From Schmidtea polychroa (taxonomy: Eukaryota), in NCBI GenBank assembly GCA_044892525.1, contig CM097885.1, positions 51,152,001 through 51,216,000 on the forward strand: a stretch of 64,000 nt of DNA, read 5' to 3'. This document shows, piece by piece, positions 1-13,945 of this stretch. Position 1 is the stretch's first letter. Each line of letters opens with the position of its first letter. The notes under the pieces were generated by a model, which was not told the DNA's origin, ran no database searches, and saw only the letters and a list, made by a program, of their open reading frames with translations. The position numbers and the translations under genes were made by a program.

Positions 1-2299
1 GTTAAATTTTGATTTTTTAGCTTTTGTCCTTGTTGCTAATATTTTTATTTTTTAGATATAATTAAACAACTAAAATTATCTATTAGACGCAATTAAATTC
101 AAATCTCCTTTTATAGCAATATTATCAACTTTAATTACAAAATTCAAATTTATTCAGTTTATTTTTAATATTCAAACAACTTAGACATTTGTAATTTTGA
201 CATGAATCAGGATATTGATTGACCACAAATATGTAAAATAGTTTTTTTTATAAATTTGACTAAATAAATTATCTTTATTTTATTTTAATTTAAGGTGAAT
301 TTTGAAACACCTGAATATTTATTTCTAAATTCAAAACAATTTAAGTTCCATTCTTCAAGGTTAGATTTTTATTATTTATTTGTCTTAATTTGCTTTAGTT
401 TTTTGTAAAAATAGCAATAATGACCTGTGATGGGCCAATTTCCACAATCCAAAAAAAGCAAAGCTCAGAACGCAATCAAAGAGTAAAAGTTACATCCTAG
501 GATTTTTTTTAATATAAATATTATGGAAACAAATGAATATTTATTTTAGAGAAGTTTACGATAAATTATAAGTTTGCTATCGTAAATGCCTGAATGTCTT
601 CAAATATTGTCATATATAAGGTTGATAAGTTTTTATATTCAGTATATTTTGTAATCGTCGTGACAGAATTACCTAATTGAATAATTTTAAATTGTAAATA
701 TTGTCCCTAAACGACCGTCGAATTATGTTGCATTTAATTAACGGATAATAAATAGTTTTTAAATATATAAAAATAAACTTATCATTGTACTTTTTGGGAA
801 TTAGCGAAATGAAATTAGACCTGTTTCGTCTGTTTCCTAATCAAACAAATGTTTTCTAATTGATTCTTCACCCTAGAAAATGTCCCTAGTGGTACGTTTT
901 AATATAACAGCTCTCTATTTTCGTTAATTTAAATTTAATGTTTTAATATGAAAGACAAAAGAAATTAAATTTTTGTCTTGAAGTACCTCGATAGCTTCAT
1001 CTTAAATCAAGCTAAGAGATGAATTTATCCAAATATTGGTCATAGTAGATCCATATGAACATCGAAATACCTTCTAGAACAATCATGAAGTATAAGGTTG
1101 AAGTTCTTGAATATTATCCTGGAAAAGTTTCACTTTTGAGATATTGATACATGTACTGTTTAGTTTACCTTTCGATAACAAAATACAATAACCACAGTAC
1201 CTTACTCAATTCTATTAGTAATATATCATAACTTCGTAATCCTACAATCCATATAAATGATATTGACTTTAAAATTCGTAATGGTTCCACGTCATTTTTC
1301 TTGATATTATCAAAAATGAAATAGATATAATAGAAAATTTGCATCAGGTTGCTGGTGACGCAAGACCACATACATGTTTATATCTAAATCGTAATAGTAA
1401 AGAGCACTTATTACGACTATTGAAAAAATATACTGAAAGAAGTCACTTAATTTACGATTCTACAACAATCGCTGCATGTCTTTTGCAAGTTGATCTCTTA
1501 AATAAGGAAGTGAACAAAAGTAAAAAGGAAAAAATTGCCAGTTTATTGAAAAGTTTTGGAAACTGATATAAATTTTTACACGATTAAAGAGAAGATAATT
1601 TAAATAGATATTTTTTGAAGTTGTAAACCATCATAGTGAACATGATGCATAGTTTTTGCTAAATATTTAGGAAATGCACTTTTTACGTTACCTCAAATGA
1701 AAAATAACTACCACTTGAACGTCACAATAAATATATTGAATCAAAAAACCGAACTTTCGGGCATGTACCTCACAGACAAATATAATACTTAATTATAACC
1801 AAAAGCGTAAAAAAAGAATTTATATACGGTAAGTTAAATTATGTAGAAAATTTTGAAACAGATGACAGACGGGAAAACATGCGGATTATATGCAGTAACT
1901 TCTAAAGTACAAACTAAAATAGTCTTTGTAAACACCAATGGTATAAGTAACTCCCATATAAAGCAGAGTATAGCGATATTACTGCAGAGGTAATCTATGT
2001 ATTTGAACGCCTTCTGGATGTGAGAGGAAATTGTTTTACAGATGTTGAATATTTTTACACAATAAATAATTTAATGTTTTTTTAATAAATTGTAATATCG
2101 ATTTTTAGCCAAACTACTCAAATAAATTTAAGAAAATAAGATCTAATTTTACTCGTCGAAGTTTCAGCATTTAAAAAATTCATTTTTTAATTTAGAAATT
2201 ATTTTATTTTTAATAAAATATTTTTATAATATATTTTGATAAATATTAGTTTTTTAAAATTTAATTAAATCTTTTTATTTTGATTTTGTAATTTAATAT

Positions 2300-3037
2300 T
2301 GTTGGGGCTAGAGCAAAAACCAAAATAAAATTTTATATAAAAAAGGAAAGCATAACTAAAAGGGGAAAATCAATAAAAGTACAAAATAATTTAAAACTTA
2401 CTAAAAATCAAAAATCAATATCGGGTATGGTTGAACGCAAAATTGATAGACGAGTTCAGAAATTATAATGAAAATTTAATAAAATGTTCACAGGGAACGT
2501 TAATGCGAAAAAAATCAATTAAAATTAATTAATCGGTAATGGAAAGCCGATGCACAGTGAGACCCGAGCAATAAGATAAGAGGGAATATTTTGAGCCCTA
2601 ATCAAGGGTAAACAAATTAAAACAATCAGAATACCCTCAAATATTGATTTAGGGTTCACGGGGAAATAATGAAGTGCAATTCTCTAGATATAATTGGCTT
2701 CTCAGAAACAGTATGAAAAAAGAGCTCAGAAATGAGCAACCCGCCATCTGGTCGAATAGAAAAAGAGAGAACAGAAGCAGAAATCCGGCGATCAGTAATC
2801 GAAAAAAGAAATTTAGTAATTCAAAAAAGGTGAGACTCGTACAAGAAAAGGTGATTGCCCCTTGGGTTTTCTACCTTATCGAGTGGAAAATTATCTGGAG
2901 AGAAAGGTGCAATTAGTGACAAAGTGTGATTGTGATAAAGATTGAATAAAATTATTATTTGTTGGGTTTGATTTATTTGGTTGAATAAGAACACGAGGAG
3001 TCGAAGAATTGAACTGAATTTCAAATAAAATCCAACA
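2300..3037. mobile_element. Solo LTR (738 bp) of an LTR retrotransposon
   Basis: TGTTGG...CCAACA termini; 4-bp direct repeat ATAT on both sides (2296-2299, 3038-3041); related copies at about 19085-19814, 27011-27707 (inverted) and 59473-59965. Confidence 0.85.
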
Positions 3038-4966
3038 ATATTTTAAAATTTTAAGGATTAAAAATTAAAATTTTTATTTCAAAATCTACTGGGAATCTTA
3101 AATTTACAGAAATAATTTTAAATTTAACTCTTATGCTGAGTAGCTTTTTATACTTGTTTAGACATGTCCAAATGAGGTAGGAGGAATTTGTACACATCAA
3201 GGAGAAATAAATGAAAAGTAGAATAAGCTATTTACAAAAGCGAAAAAACTCAAACGTAAAAGTAAATTATAGATGTGAAAAAATTTGAAATAGTGAAAGG
3301 AAAAGAAGTTGGTATCAATGTCGACACCAGACAAAAATAATGGAAGGAAAATATATATCAAAATAGGTATTAATATTCGGCGCTCAAGAAATAATTCCTT
3401 TCCGAATCAAACTCTCAACTGGAATAGATCTACAGCAATTCTGGGGCAATATCTCAATTCCAAGAGTCAACGATTTGTGTTTATGAATGATTATCTTAAT
3501 TGGTTATTGATTCATAAAATATCATTTATCTTGTATTATCGATCAATATTAAAAGTTTTATAGAAATTTTAATTTAGTGTTTTTGAAAGTAAATAGTAGA
3601 TTAACAATGACAGTGCATTTAAACTTAGAGACAAAACAAATGCGAATGGAGGAGAGATTCATTTTAAATAAATGTTACATTCATGCAGAAGTTTGATTGG
3701 TCAAGCTTCGTTATAAATATATGATGTTCATTGAAATTAGACATAATTTACAAATGCCCAAGAAAATGAATGAAAAAAAGGAAACAATAAATAAAAATGA
3801 AGAATATAATATAAATAATGGAGATCAATTATAACCAGTTCAGTTATTCAACAATTAAAAGATGTATTTTGTAAATGAACAAATAGAAATCAAATTGATA
3901 AATCCAGTGAAACTATGAAAAACTTTATCCGAATCTGATGGCTACCTTGTCAAATTATGATATTGATGTTTAGAAAAATGTGTTTATCAAAATCAATAGC
4001 CATATTCAAGTGGCTACAACAGCATTTTTTCAATGCCTGTCAAGCTAAATTTTATGATACTTTTAAAAAAATAATTGTCAAATAGAATGAAAACTGGTAT
4101 GTAACTATAACTGCCCAGGGTTTGAAAGTGAATCAAAATAATATATTTTCTCCGATATGGCGAACGTGTGCTTGGATTTAATATATCATTTGTATATTAT
4201 TATAATTTAATAAATGTATTAACCAAATTTTTTATTGATTATTTAATTGTAAATAAAATTATACTATAGCATGATTAACAAAGACATGTACAATATATAA
4301 ACATGATTAAAATGACAAATAAAATCATTAAAATATTTATTGGAAGAATTTAAAAAATGTCTTCATGTTTTTTTTCCTTTTTATTCGAGTTGTAGACAAA
4401 TTAGACAATTTTAGAGGGGTCTTTGTTTAAAATTATTTTTTAAAAAAATTACGTCAGACTTAAAAAAATTTTCATATATAATAATAAAAAAAATTTTTTT
4501 AATAATATGAAAGTATTATGTAAATATTTGTATATATAATTGAAAATTTTTTTCTTGTATATTGTATGTATTGATTGTTGTGTTAAATTAAATAATTAAT
4601 AACATTTTTTAAATTATTAAATTAAATTCTGAAAGCTAAAATTTTAAAATTAATATATTAATTTAATTATAATTTTTAAAAATAATTAAATTTTTTTATT
4701 TAATAAGAAATTTTTATATATAATTAATAAATTTGTTTAAAATCCTTAATTTATATAGTTATTATAACCCACCAGATGATGAAAGGAAAACTGTCGAAAT
4801 ATATCGTGAAAAGAATGTTTGATTGGCGTTATCTTATAATTAAAGCATTGCCATGTATGTTTAACTATTTATATAATTGAAAAAAATATTTGTTATTTTA
4901 GAGAAAATTTTTATTTTTTATAATTTAAATTCTACTCCAAAAATGTCGAAAAATTTAAATTATTAA

Positions 4967-7168
4967 CCTTTATATGGTATTGTGGACATTTTTGTCAAAA
5001 TTATTTTCTAAATGGAAATAACGCCTGAATACAAACTTAAGTTTGAAAAATTTTTCAATGTAAATTCTTCTTTTTTTTAAATTAATAATTTGCCGCTTAA
5101 TTTATTTTATGGTGTCATACAGATTTCTAGGTATAAAAAAATGCACGTTGACCGTAATGTGGACAAAAATGTCTATAATGAAATTCCTGTTCAAACATGA
5201 TTTGTTTTTACCTGTTTACAACAAACATATGATTTTTGATTTGACATATATTTGCAACAAACATATGTTATTTGTTCTAAATTATTATTTTGTGGGTTTT
5301 CAAAATTATGACACATCAAAATTTAACCGATGAAGAAATTCAAGATTTAGTTTTTAGTGGTAGCGAAGCTGATCCATCTGATGATGACCATGTTTTTATT
5401 GATAGCGAGTATTCGAGTTCTGATCAGGAAAGTTTAGGCGATGTAGAGCCAAATAGTTTTTTATCGAAAGATAAGACACTATTGTGGCATCAAAAACCTG
5501 TTAGCACCAATTTGGGTCGCAATCGAGCAGAAAATATATTGAATATGACTCCGGGAATTACTAGGTATGCAGCTAGCCGAATCACTGATATAAACAGTGC
5601 ATTCATGATATTTTTTCCGAAAGCTATTGAAAATATGATTTTGAAAAACTCAAACAGTGAAGGAAACACCGTTTTTGGAGATAGTTGGAAGGATTTGGAT
5701 GCAACTGAACTTTATTCCTATTTTGGATGCTTGATTTTAGCGGGTGTTTATAAGTCAAAAAATGAAGCAACTGAAAGCTTATGGCATGAAACTACAGGTA
5801 GACCTTTGTTACGTGCAACCATGCCATTGAAAAGATTTGAAAATATTTCAAAAATTCTTAGATTTGATAAAAAAGAAACCCGGTCAGAAAGACGTATGAA
5901 TGACAAATTTGCGCCAATCCGAGAATTGTGGGATGCATGGAGTGAAAGGTTACCCATGTTTTATAATCCATCAGAGAATATGACAGTTGACGAACAACTA
6001 CTTGATTTTCGTGGTCGATGTCCTTTTAGCCAATATATGAAAAGTAAACCTGCGAAATATGGGATTAAATTTTGGATTACTACGCTTGGAAAATACAGCC
6101 ATATTTAGGAAAACAACCGGATGCTGCTCCCGAAACAAATCAAGGTATGAGAATTGTACTAGATTTAGTGAGGGGTCTCAAAGGTCACAACATAACACTC
6201 GACAATTTTTTCACATCATATCAGCTTGGCCAAAAACTCCTGGAAAAATCTATAACAATGGTGGGTACACTAAGAAAAAATAAACCAACAATTCCACCAG
6301 AAATTTTGAATACAAGATCTTTGCCACACTATACATCAAAATTTGTTTTTACAAAAGATACAACACTAGTATCTTATGTACCTAAAAAATATCGATGCGT
6401 AGTGATGCAAAGTACTCTACATTTGTCTGATGAAGTTATAACTATTGAACCTCAACGTAAACCTGAAATTATCAAATATTATAATGCCACAAAAGGTGGA
6501 GTGGATACTTTAGATAAAATGGTATTATGTTATTCTACAAAAAGAAAATCTAGAAGATGGCCATTCGTTGTTTTTTGCAATATGTTAGATATATCTGCTT
6601 ATAATGCTTTCGCACTTTACAAGGAAGTTGATTTATCTTGGAATTGTAATAGTTTGAGTAAGAGACGTTTACTTTTGGAAAATTTAGGTGATAGTTTGAT
6701 AAAACCTCAAATGCTAAGCCGACAACATTTACCTAGAGGACTTGCCACGAGAAATATTATTCAGGAAGCTCAAAGCAACCAAGATGATGCTGGCGGATCT
6801 TTGAAGCCTACAGCTTCGAAAAGACCATGTGTTCTACTTGTCCTATCAGAACGGGGAAAACCACAATAAAATGTAATAAATGTAAAAATTATGTATGCAA
6901 AAACCATGTAAAATTTATTTGTCCTGCTTGTCATAATAATTGAAAAATTAAAGAAATTTATTATGTTAAGTTCATTTTATATTATTTTGGTTAAAATTTT
7001 GAATAGTTTTTTGAATTTTTATTTTTGTTTTATATATTTGAATGTAAATAAAAAACTAATGAACTTAAAAAAATTTTTGTTTTTGTTACATTTTGGTACA
7101 AAAATATATGGTAGACATTTTTGTCCTTAACGCGGTTAGCGTTGGTACAAACGAATACCATTTGAAGG
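4967..7168 (+). mobile_element. piggyBac DNA transposon, full length but defective
   Basis: TTAA at 4963-4966 and TTAT at 7169-7172; 15-bp TIRs CCTTTATATGGTATT / AATACCATTTGAAGG (13/15); internal inverted repeats GGACAAAAATGTCTA near 5161 and TAGACATTTTTGTCC near 7112; transposase inside. Confidence 0.9.
5308..6943 (+). pseudogene. piggyBac transposase with two frameshifts
   Basis: Catalytic motifs VDEQ, LDNFFTS, GGVDTLD plus KPAKYGIK. Frameshift near 6075 (ORFs 5290-6108 and 6072-6869) and near 6830, before the Cys-rich tail CSTCPIRTGKTTIKCNKCKNYVCKNHVKFICPACHNN* ending at 6943. Confidence 0.92.
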
Positions 7169-8304
7169 TTATTGAAGGATGACAACAAAGTATTTAATGA
7201 TAAATTGCAGTATTTCCTCATCAAAAATAATGATAAAAAATATTGTGTGTTATGTGGTGTATAAAATGCAACTATGGATAAATGTAATGGTTCACAGCAT
7301 TACAAAAGCAATTTTAATATTTCAGCCGTTTTTCAAGTCGATTGCTATTTGTCTTGAAATTAAAACCGGTAGTGAAACTGGCAAAGTTCTTCGGCACAAA
7401 TGATTTAGTAATTGGTAATGAATATTCTAAACAATGCAATAGTAGACAAGTGTGGGTATATTATAATAAAATTCAAAGTATTGAAATTGGCTTCATTTGT
7501 TTCTCTTGTAAATGTTTCTGGATTCCTTCAATTTGTAACTTCTGCATAACTGCTCCTTTATTACCATTATTTCTTCAGTTTTTTGTTTTTTTCCCACTTT
7601 TTCGTAAATTATGGTCAGATAATTACGTTCTACTGGGCTCATGATGGGCTTTGTTGTAAGTGCCTCGTCCAGTTATAATTTCGTTAGCAGTCTTCTATAC
7701 TTCAATTCCTTTCATCCACGAGTTTAAATACCCTGCTTTCGAAGGTCGTATATATTTCACTTTCATCTAATCTGATTGTAATAAGTCTTTTAATCCTGTC
7801 CATAATTGTCAATTTAATTGTAAATGTTTCGGTAAGCCATTATTTATCTGTTGCTTTTTCTGTCTTGAAATTTCTTCAATGTAGTTGATTCATTACAGAA
7901 AAATAATGGAAAGCTGCTATCTTAATCAAGTCATTTTAACCAATCATATCATCAATTGCTTGTATTCATTTTTCAGCTTCTTTGTTGCATATCTTCTAAT
8001 TTCTTTATCCAAAGGTTTTTGTATTCATTTTGATTATGCATGATCATCAGTTAGAACACATTAGTTCATCATAAGATTTATTGATTCAATAACATCAATT
8101 TACAACTCCTTAAATAGTAGTTTGTATAATAACTAACAAAATTGTATTGGATTACGCAATGTACAATAAAAATTGATTGACATTCTGTCATTGACCTTTG
8201 AAGCCATTCCATAATTTATTCTATTTTAAATAACTTTTACTCTAATTAGTACAACATAAATAATTTTGAAAAATAATTTATTTAAAATTTCATATTATAT
8301 CTAC

Positions 8305-11300
8305 CTCGGCAATCATTATTCGAGTTTTAGCGACATCCAAGGGAGTTGTTAAAACAGCTGCAGTTCCACCGGCAAAAAATCCACATTGAGCCGACTGCCA
8401 GTATTTTAATGGCTCATTATTTTGTCGTTCTCTTAATTTTTTCTAAATTATTTAATTCAAGATCGATGATGGAGTTTCGCATCAATTACTTTTAGGTATT
8501 CCCAAATAGGAAACTGAATAATAGAAAACGGAATTTCTCGAAGAACCATTGTAAAATAACCTCTGTACAAGCCTCGAAAAATGCCATTTTCAGAAATTGT
8601 ATTCATTGTCACTTGGTATAGTTTTAATTTTGGTTGATCCTGTGAGCGCTGTTTGATTACTTCAAATGGACATCTAATTAAACAAGCTGACTGAAAGAAA
8701 ATAATTTATTTTACCATAACATTTATTTCACAATAAACCTTGATCTTAATTTCTTTTCAGAATACAGATCATAATTCTTTTGCTAAATATAAAACAAAAT
8801 ATTGATCTGCAATCTGAAAAGAAACAGATCCAGGAAATCGGTATATTGTGGGTTTGCATCTAGATTTTTAAAATTTAACCTGAATTAACCAAATCCATTG
8901 ACAATGACCTATATTAACTTAATTGGTTTATGGTCAACCAATTGTTTGGTTTATAATTTCGCTTATGGATTAATAAGTCGAATTTTAAATTACTCATTTT
9001 CTCAAAACAAATAAACTATCATTCTAAGAGCTTATGTTTGAAATTTTAAGTAAAAATCTAAACAATTTCTTCGAGTGATATGAAATGTTCTATCACCTAC
9101 CATCTGTATAATATTCACTATGTATATAAATAAGTTGGAAAGCAACAATATGTGATAAAATTATGCAAGCTATTAAGATGGAAACTTATTATATGAAGTT
9201 TTTTATATTTATTTTAGAATTTAGAAACTGGAAAAATTTAATACTAAAAAGCAGTCGAAAAGTAAAAATGTTAAAGATTATGATAATACTGTGAAAAAAT
9301 AAAAATATAATAACAGAAGCCTGGAACCAGTGGATCTCATAAATATTTAAGATATGCTAGTGCAGGTTGCCATTTATGAATCAACAATAAAAGATACATC
9401 AAATAATATTCATCCCTTTAATTCACTGCCAAATATGTGGTGCGTTCGATAAGTACCAAGACCACCCCATAAAAAATAATAGTGCTTTAATATTCTAGTG
9501 AGATAGCAGAAAAATATTTTTGAATTTAAAAATATAGAGGACAACATGTGGAAAATCATTGATGTTAACAACATATTGGGATTAAAATGGCATAATCTGT
9601 ACTGGTTTCACTGAAAAATATGTGCAAATTAAGTCAACATCATGGATACATTCAGAAATAATCACAAAAGCCACATGGCCTCGCTCTATGGCTCCTCCAA
9701 AAGAACGCCCAATCCACACAAATACGGAAACAATGGCACCGATTGAGAAAAACGGATTTTGAACCCAGCGACTTTTATCTCTTCAAACAATGAATAAACA
9801 TTTTGAAAGGGAAAACCTACCAAAATGCTGCAGATTTGTAACAGTATGTGGAACTTTTCTTGAAAGTTCAAAACACAATTTGTATCGAAAATGTATGTTA
9901 AGAACTCTTGCATCGTTGGAGGAAATCTGTCGATCACAGCGGGCCCTATATTGAAAAATAAAGCCTACTTATACTGAGTGTTAACACAAACCCGGTCAAA
10001 GAAGAAATATATAGATGCAGGTAGAAAATGGGTTGTGTGCGTGTATGTATGTAATGAGTAATAAATAAGTAATGGTTCAACAACTTTTGAGAATAGAAAT
10101 TTTTTGCAAAAAATGATGCAGTTCAAATCAATTTTAAAAGCAGTGGGTAGCTAACTCAAAGTTGATTAATGAAAGTTTCTGACACTGTATTTAGGTGTTC
10201 AATAGCTCATTTTGAAGGGTATCTCTCAGGATACCCGAATGTTAAGATTATGTTAAGAACTCTTGCATCGTTGGAGGAAATCTGTCGATCACAGTGGGCC
10301 CTATATTGAAAAATAAAGCCTACTTATACTGAGTGTTTGTATATTAAATATACAATTTCTGTTGGTTTCCTTTAGCACCTATTCCTATTACTTATTGAAC
10401 ACACCACGAATTTATCCAAATTTTAAATTCTTGCTTTCTGCCTATTAACAATTTTGGGCTCTACGTATAATTGCAAATAAGTAGTATGATATTTCCCCTC
10501 CAGGACACCCATATCCCCCTGCTAAGGAAAAAATATTAAGCTAAAAAATTTTGCTTATTTTTTTTATGTAGGTCAACCCCAAAATTTTTAAGATTGTTAA
10601 GGTTTTATAACGAAATTTTTTCAGAATTTTTATGTATGTCAAATCAATTTCAATGATTTTCATGAAAATTTTTAAAGTATTTATGTGGATCACAGACACA
10701 CATCCTCTCCATGACAGTCTATATATAGTTATTAAATAAGTAGGTCATATAGATTTAAAAAATAAATAAGTAGGTAACAGACACACACGCGCTATAATTT
10801 TTTTAATATATAGGTCACATAAACATATACTATAGTTTCAAAAAAATATTTTAACACAAACCGGTCAAAGAAGAAATATATAGATGGAGGTAGAAAACGG
10901 GTTGTGTGCGTGTATGTATGTAATGGGTAATAAATAAGTAATGGTTCAACAACTTTTGAGAATAGAAATTTTTTGCAAAAAATGATGCAGTTCAAATCAA
11001 TTTTAAAAGCAGTGGGTAGCTAACTCAAAGTTGATTATTGAAAGTTTCTGGCACTGTATTTAGGTGTTCAATAGCTCATTTTGAATGTTATCTCTCAGGA
11101 TACCCGAATGTTTATTGTGATGATCAAAGGTATTGCATGGGTATAGTAAGGGTCATTTTGAAGGGTTTTATGAACAGTCAAAATTTATATATATTTTTAA
11201 AAAGCAAATTGTATTTATCATGAAATTGTTAATTATATATTTGCGTTGCACATGTCTTTTTTAGTCATGAATATGTATATATAAAACTTTAAAAGTTAAA

Positions 11301-12315
11301 AATTTTGAGGTTGTCCTACATAAAAATATTGAGCAAAGTTTTAGCTTAATATTTATTCCTCATGGTGGGGGGACACATTCTACTACTCGAATAATATTTT
11401 AAACTAATAAATGTCATTAAAAATAAATATTGAAGTAGAATTTAATTTCAAAATTAGAAAGATTTAGTGTAGTTAAAATCCACAAAATACATTTCAAATT
11501 TGGCACGGTTATTCGAGAAGGTTCAAGCTCAGAAATCATACTAAGTTTACTTTTAAATACATAATACAAATGCTATAATTTTATAAATTATGATTAACTA
11601 GCTGGAGTACCCGGCGTTGCACGATTTAAAAAATAGTAAAAAGATTCAAAATAAAGAAATTTATTTCAATTCATTCATTAAAATAAAATAATTTAAAAAG
11701 TACATTAAAATTTAATTAAAAAATCTCGAAAGTTGCTTTTGGAAACCAAATTTTACGATGGGAAGCCGACTTTTGATGCAATTTTCAGTAGTGCAATGTA
11801 TAGATGGAATTTAACACTAAGTATAATAGCACTTTAAAAATTTGAAAAATTTTAATGCGTATCTACTGGGGGTATCTACTGTAGTAAATCAAGGTGACCC
11901 TGAGTAGGGTTAGGGTACCCTAGGGGTGGTCACCTGGGATTGAAACATAGCCTATGACCTGTCCCGAGTCAAATGAGGGTCACATGCAAAATTTCAGCAT
12001 CCTAGGTCCAACGGTGGGGAATTCTATGGGGAACAAACAAACTTTCATCTTAAATTAAAGTAAGCATTTTGGAAATTGAACTGGCTGAATTGAAGGCGGT
12101 GTTTCCTTCAAATCACGAGATTAAAATGAAAATATATTTGCATTAAAAAATGCCTATCGTAGAATTCAATCCTGTTACGTATTCATACTCTTATGTGAAC
12201 TGTCATTCTCTTTTATAAAATACAATAAAAGTAGCGTAATTAGGATCAGGCGTTCACTTGTAAGTATATTAAGACGTTTTATTACCTCGTGAATGTCTAC
12301 AATGAGAATTATGCA

Positions 12316-12410
<95 letters not shown>

Positions 12411-13322
12411 TAACTATAAAACAATGGTAGAAAGGGAAATTTACACAATGTTTACATTTAAATATATATTTATTAAAAGCAATATATGATTTACAACTGA
12501 AAAGTAAATAGAAGTATATTTTTATTTTGAGGGTGCCGCTTCCGTCCTACCATACATTCACTAGCTGAATCTACAAACAACTGTCTTCACTTTGAAGACA
12601 GTGATAATGACGTAGTTGGTGTAGAATCGGAAGTTAATTAGTGCACCAATTTATATTATAGAAATTGTTACCGAATCAATGCAGGTGTAGTGAGTATCAC
12701 GGACGGAGCTTTAAGATTGCCCTTATCCAGAGGTATTCAAGAATTTATGAAAAACACGTGAGAATACTTGATAATGAGAGGACAGGTTGACACAATAAAG
12801 GTTTATATCTCATTTTCCAAAATGAAAAACTTAAAAACAATTATAAAAATTATCATTGGATTATAACATTAATTGATAAACTTAAATATGATTTTAGAGT
12901 ACCGTCGAGAAAATTATTCAAAATAACATATATATACTAACTATTTCTCCACCAGCAGCTGCAATAGAAGTTACAACTGGACATGTGCTTTGTTTATTTA
13001 ACTTCTTAATAAACTCATATGACAAAAAGAAAACAGCAGCTGAATTTAAAACTTTAATAAAAACAATAAAAAACAGAAATAAATACCATTTGGAGCCGAT
13101 GCTGCGATTACTGCTGGTAATCCAGAAAAAAGATTTTTATATAAATTTGACTTTAAAATAGTACGAGTACTCTGAATACGAGTTTTAATTGTATCGATGG
13201 GATACAAAATTGAATCAGTGACTAATCCTGCAACAGCACCAGACTTTAAAACGGATTTTAAATGATTTATATCATTAAATACAAATATATACCGTTATGG
13301 AAATAATTTCTGTAGAAACCAT
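8305..13322 (-). CDS. SLC25A26: Mitochondrial S-adenosylmethionine carrier (SAMC), spliced, 3' end not found
   Basis: Exons 13322-13293, 13243-13087, 13039-12942, 8690-8490, 8442-8305, all GT-AG and in frame. Protein [34 protein letters not shown]...[15 protein letters not shown]...[28 protein letters not shown]...[15 protein letters not shown] has three Px[DE]xxKxR carrier signatures and the SAMC-typical REIPFS..QFP.WE. Confidence 0.9.
9437..9982 (+). mobile_element. Degenerate, internally deleted mariner remnant
   Basis: About 9754-9961 reads [21 protein letters not shown]...[18 protein letters not shown], the mariner DLAPSD(F/Y) motif and C-terminus with stops. Left boundary approximate. 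Confidence 0.7.
10480..11387. mobile_element. Miniature Polinton/Maverick-like element (908 bp)
   Basis: Starts AGTAGTA, ends TACTACT; imperfect TIRs of about 110-130 bp (AATATTAAGCTAAAA...TATGTAGGTCAACCCCAAAATTTTTAA mirrored at about 11297-11353); 6-bp flanks CAAATA / CGAATA. Confidence 0.7.
11598..12055 (-). mobile_element. Non-autonomous Helitron-like element
   Basis: Minus strand ends ...CGTGCAACGCCGGGTACTCCAGCTAG followed by T (GC-rich subterminal element plus CTAG); the other end (TAGCCTATG...AAATTTCAGC...ACAAACAAACTTTC) resembles short Helitrons. 5' boundary approximate. Confidence 0.65.
12319..12408. repeat. (AT)n microsatellite
   Basis: About 90 bp of pure AT dinucleotide. Confidence 0.98.
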
Positions 13323-13945
13323 TATTTGAAACTTAAAACTTTGTATGGCTAAATTAATTGAGGAATTTAATGGACTAAAAGGAATCTATATGTAAAATAA
13401 TATTTTATATTAACAAAGCATGATTTATATTTTTAAACTATGTAAAGTTATATATGATTATTAAAACAGCAATTTTAATTTAAGAAAATTAATTTTTTTA
13501 AATGCAGAAAATAGCCATTCATGATTTAATGAGTATATAAATTTTTAGGGTACCACAATAAAAAATTGATTTCATATTAAGAAAAATCTAGATAATATTC
13601 GAGAAAAAACATGAAGTGAATTATCGTAAACAGTGCTCATAAAAAATTTCCCAGATTAGGTAATATATGTGGTCCTCTGAGCACTTTTTATCATAATAAC
13701 GTTTAAAACACTATTTGAAATCAGAATCTCCCATCAGAACCTATCTCAATGAGTGTTGCTAATTAAGACGATACTCGGTGATTCTTAATCTATACGATAC
13801 CATTGTCACTACGGAAGCCCAATTATTAAGTTAACATAAGGCGAAATCAAATTCTAATTGTGATTTGACGTCGCCAGATGTTGTACAAATGATATTAAAT
13901 TTATTGTTTTAATGACTCGATTAATCTTTAAATAATGTTGTAAGA

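Noticed and set aside
1000..2050. Coding-like stretch including ORF 1339-1566
   Set aside because: Frequent stops and no recognisable motif; cannot be assigned.
7180..8100. Possible decayed retroelement ORF on the minus strand
   Set aside because: Purine-rich and coding-like, but no diagnostic motif recoverable by eye.
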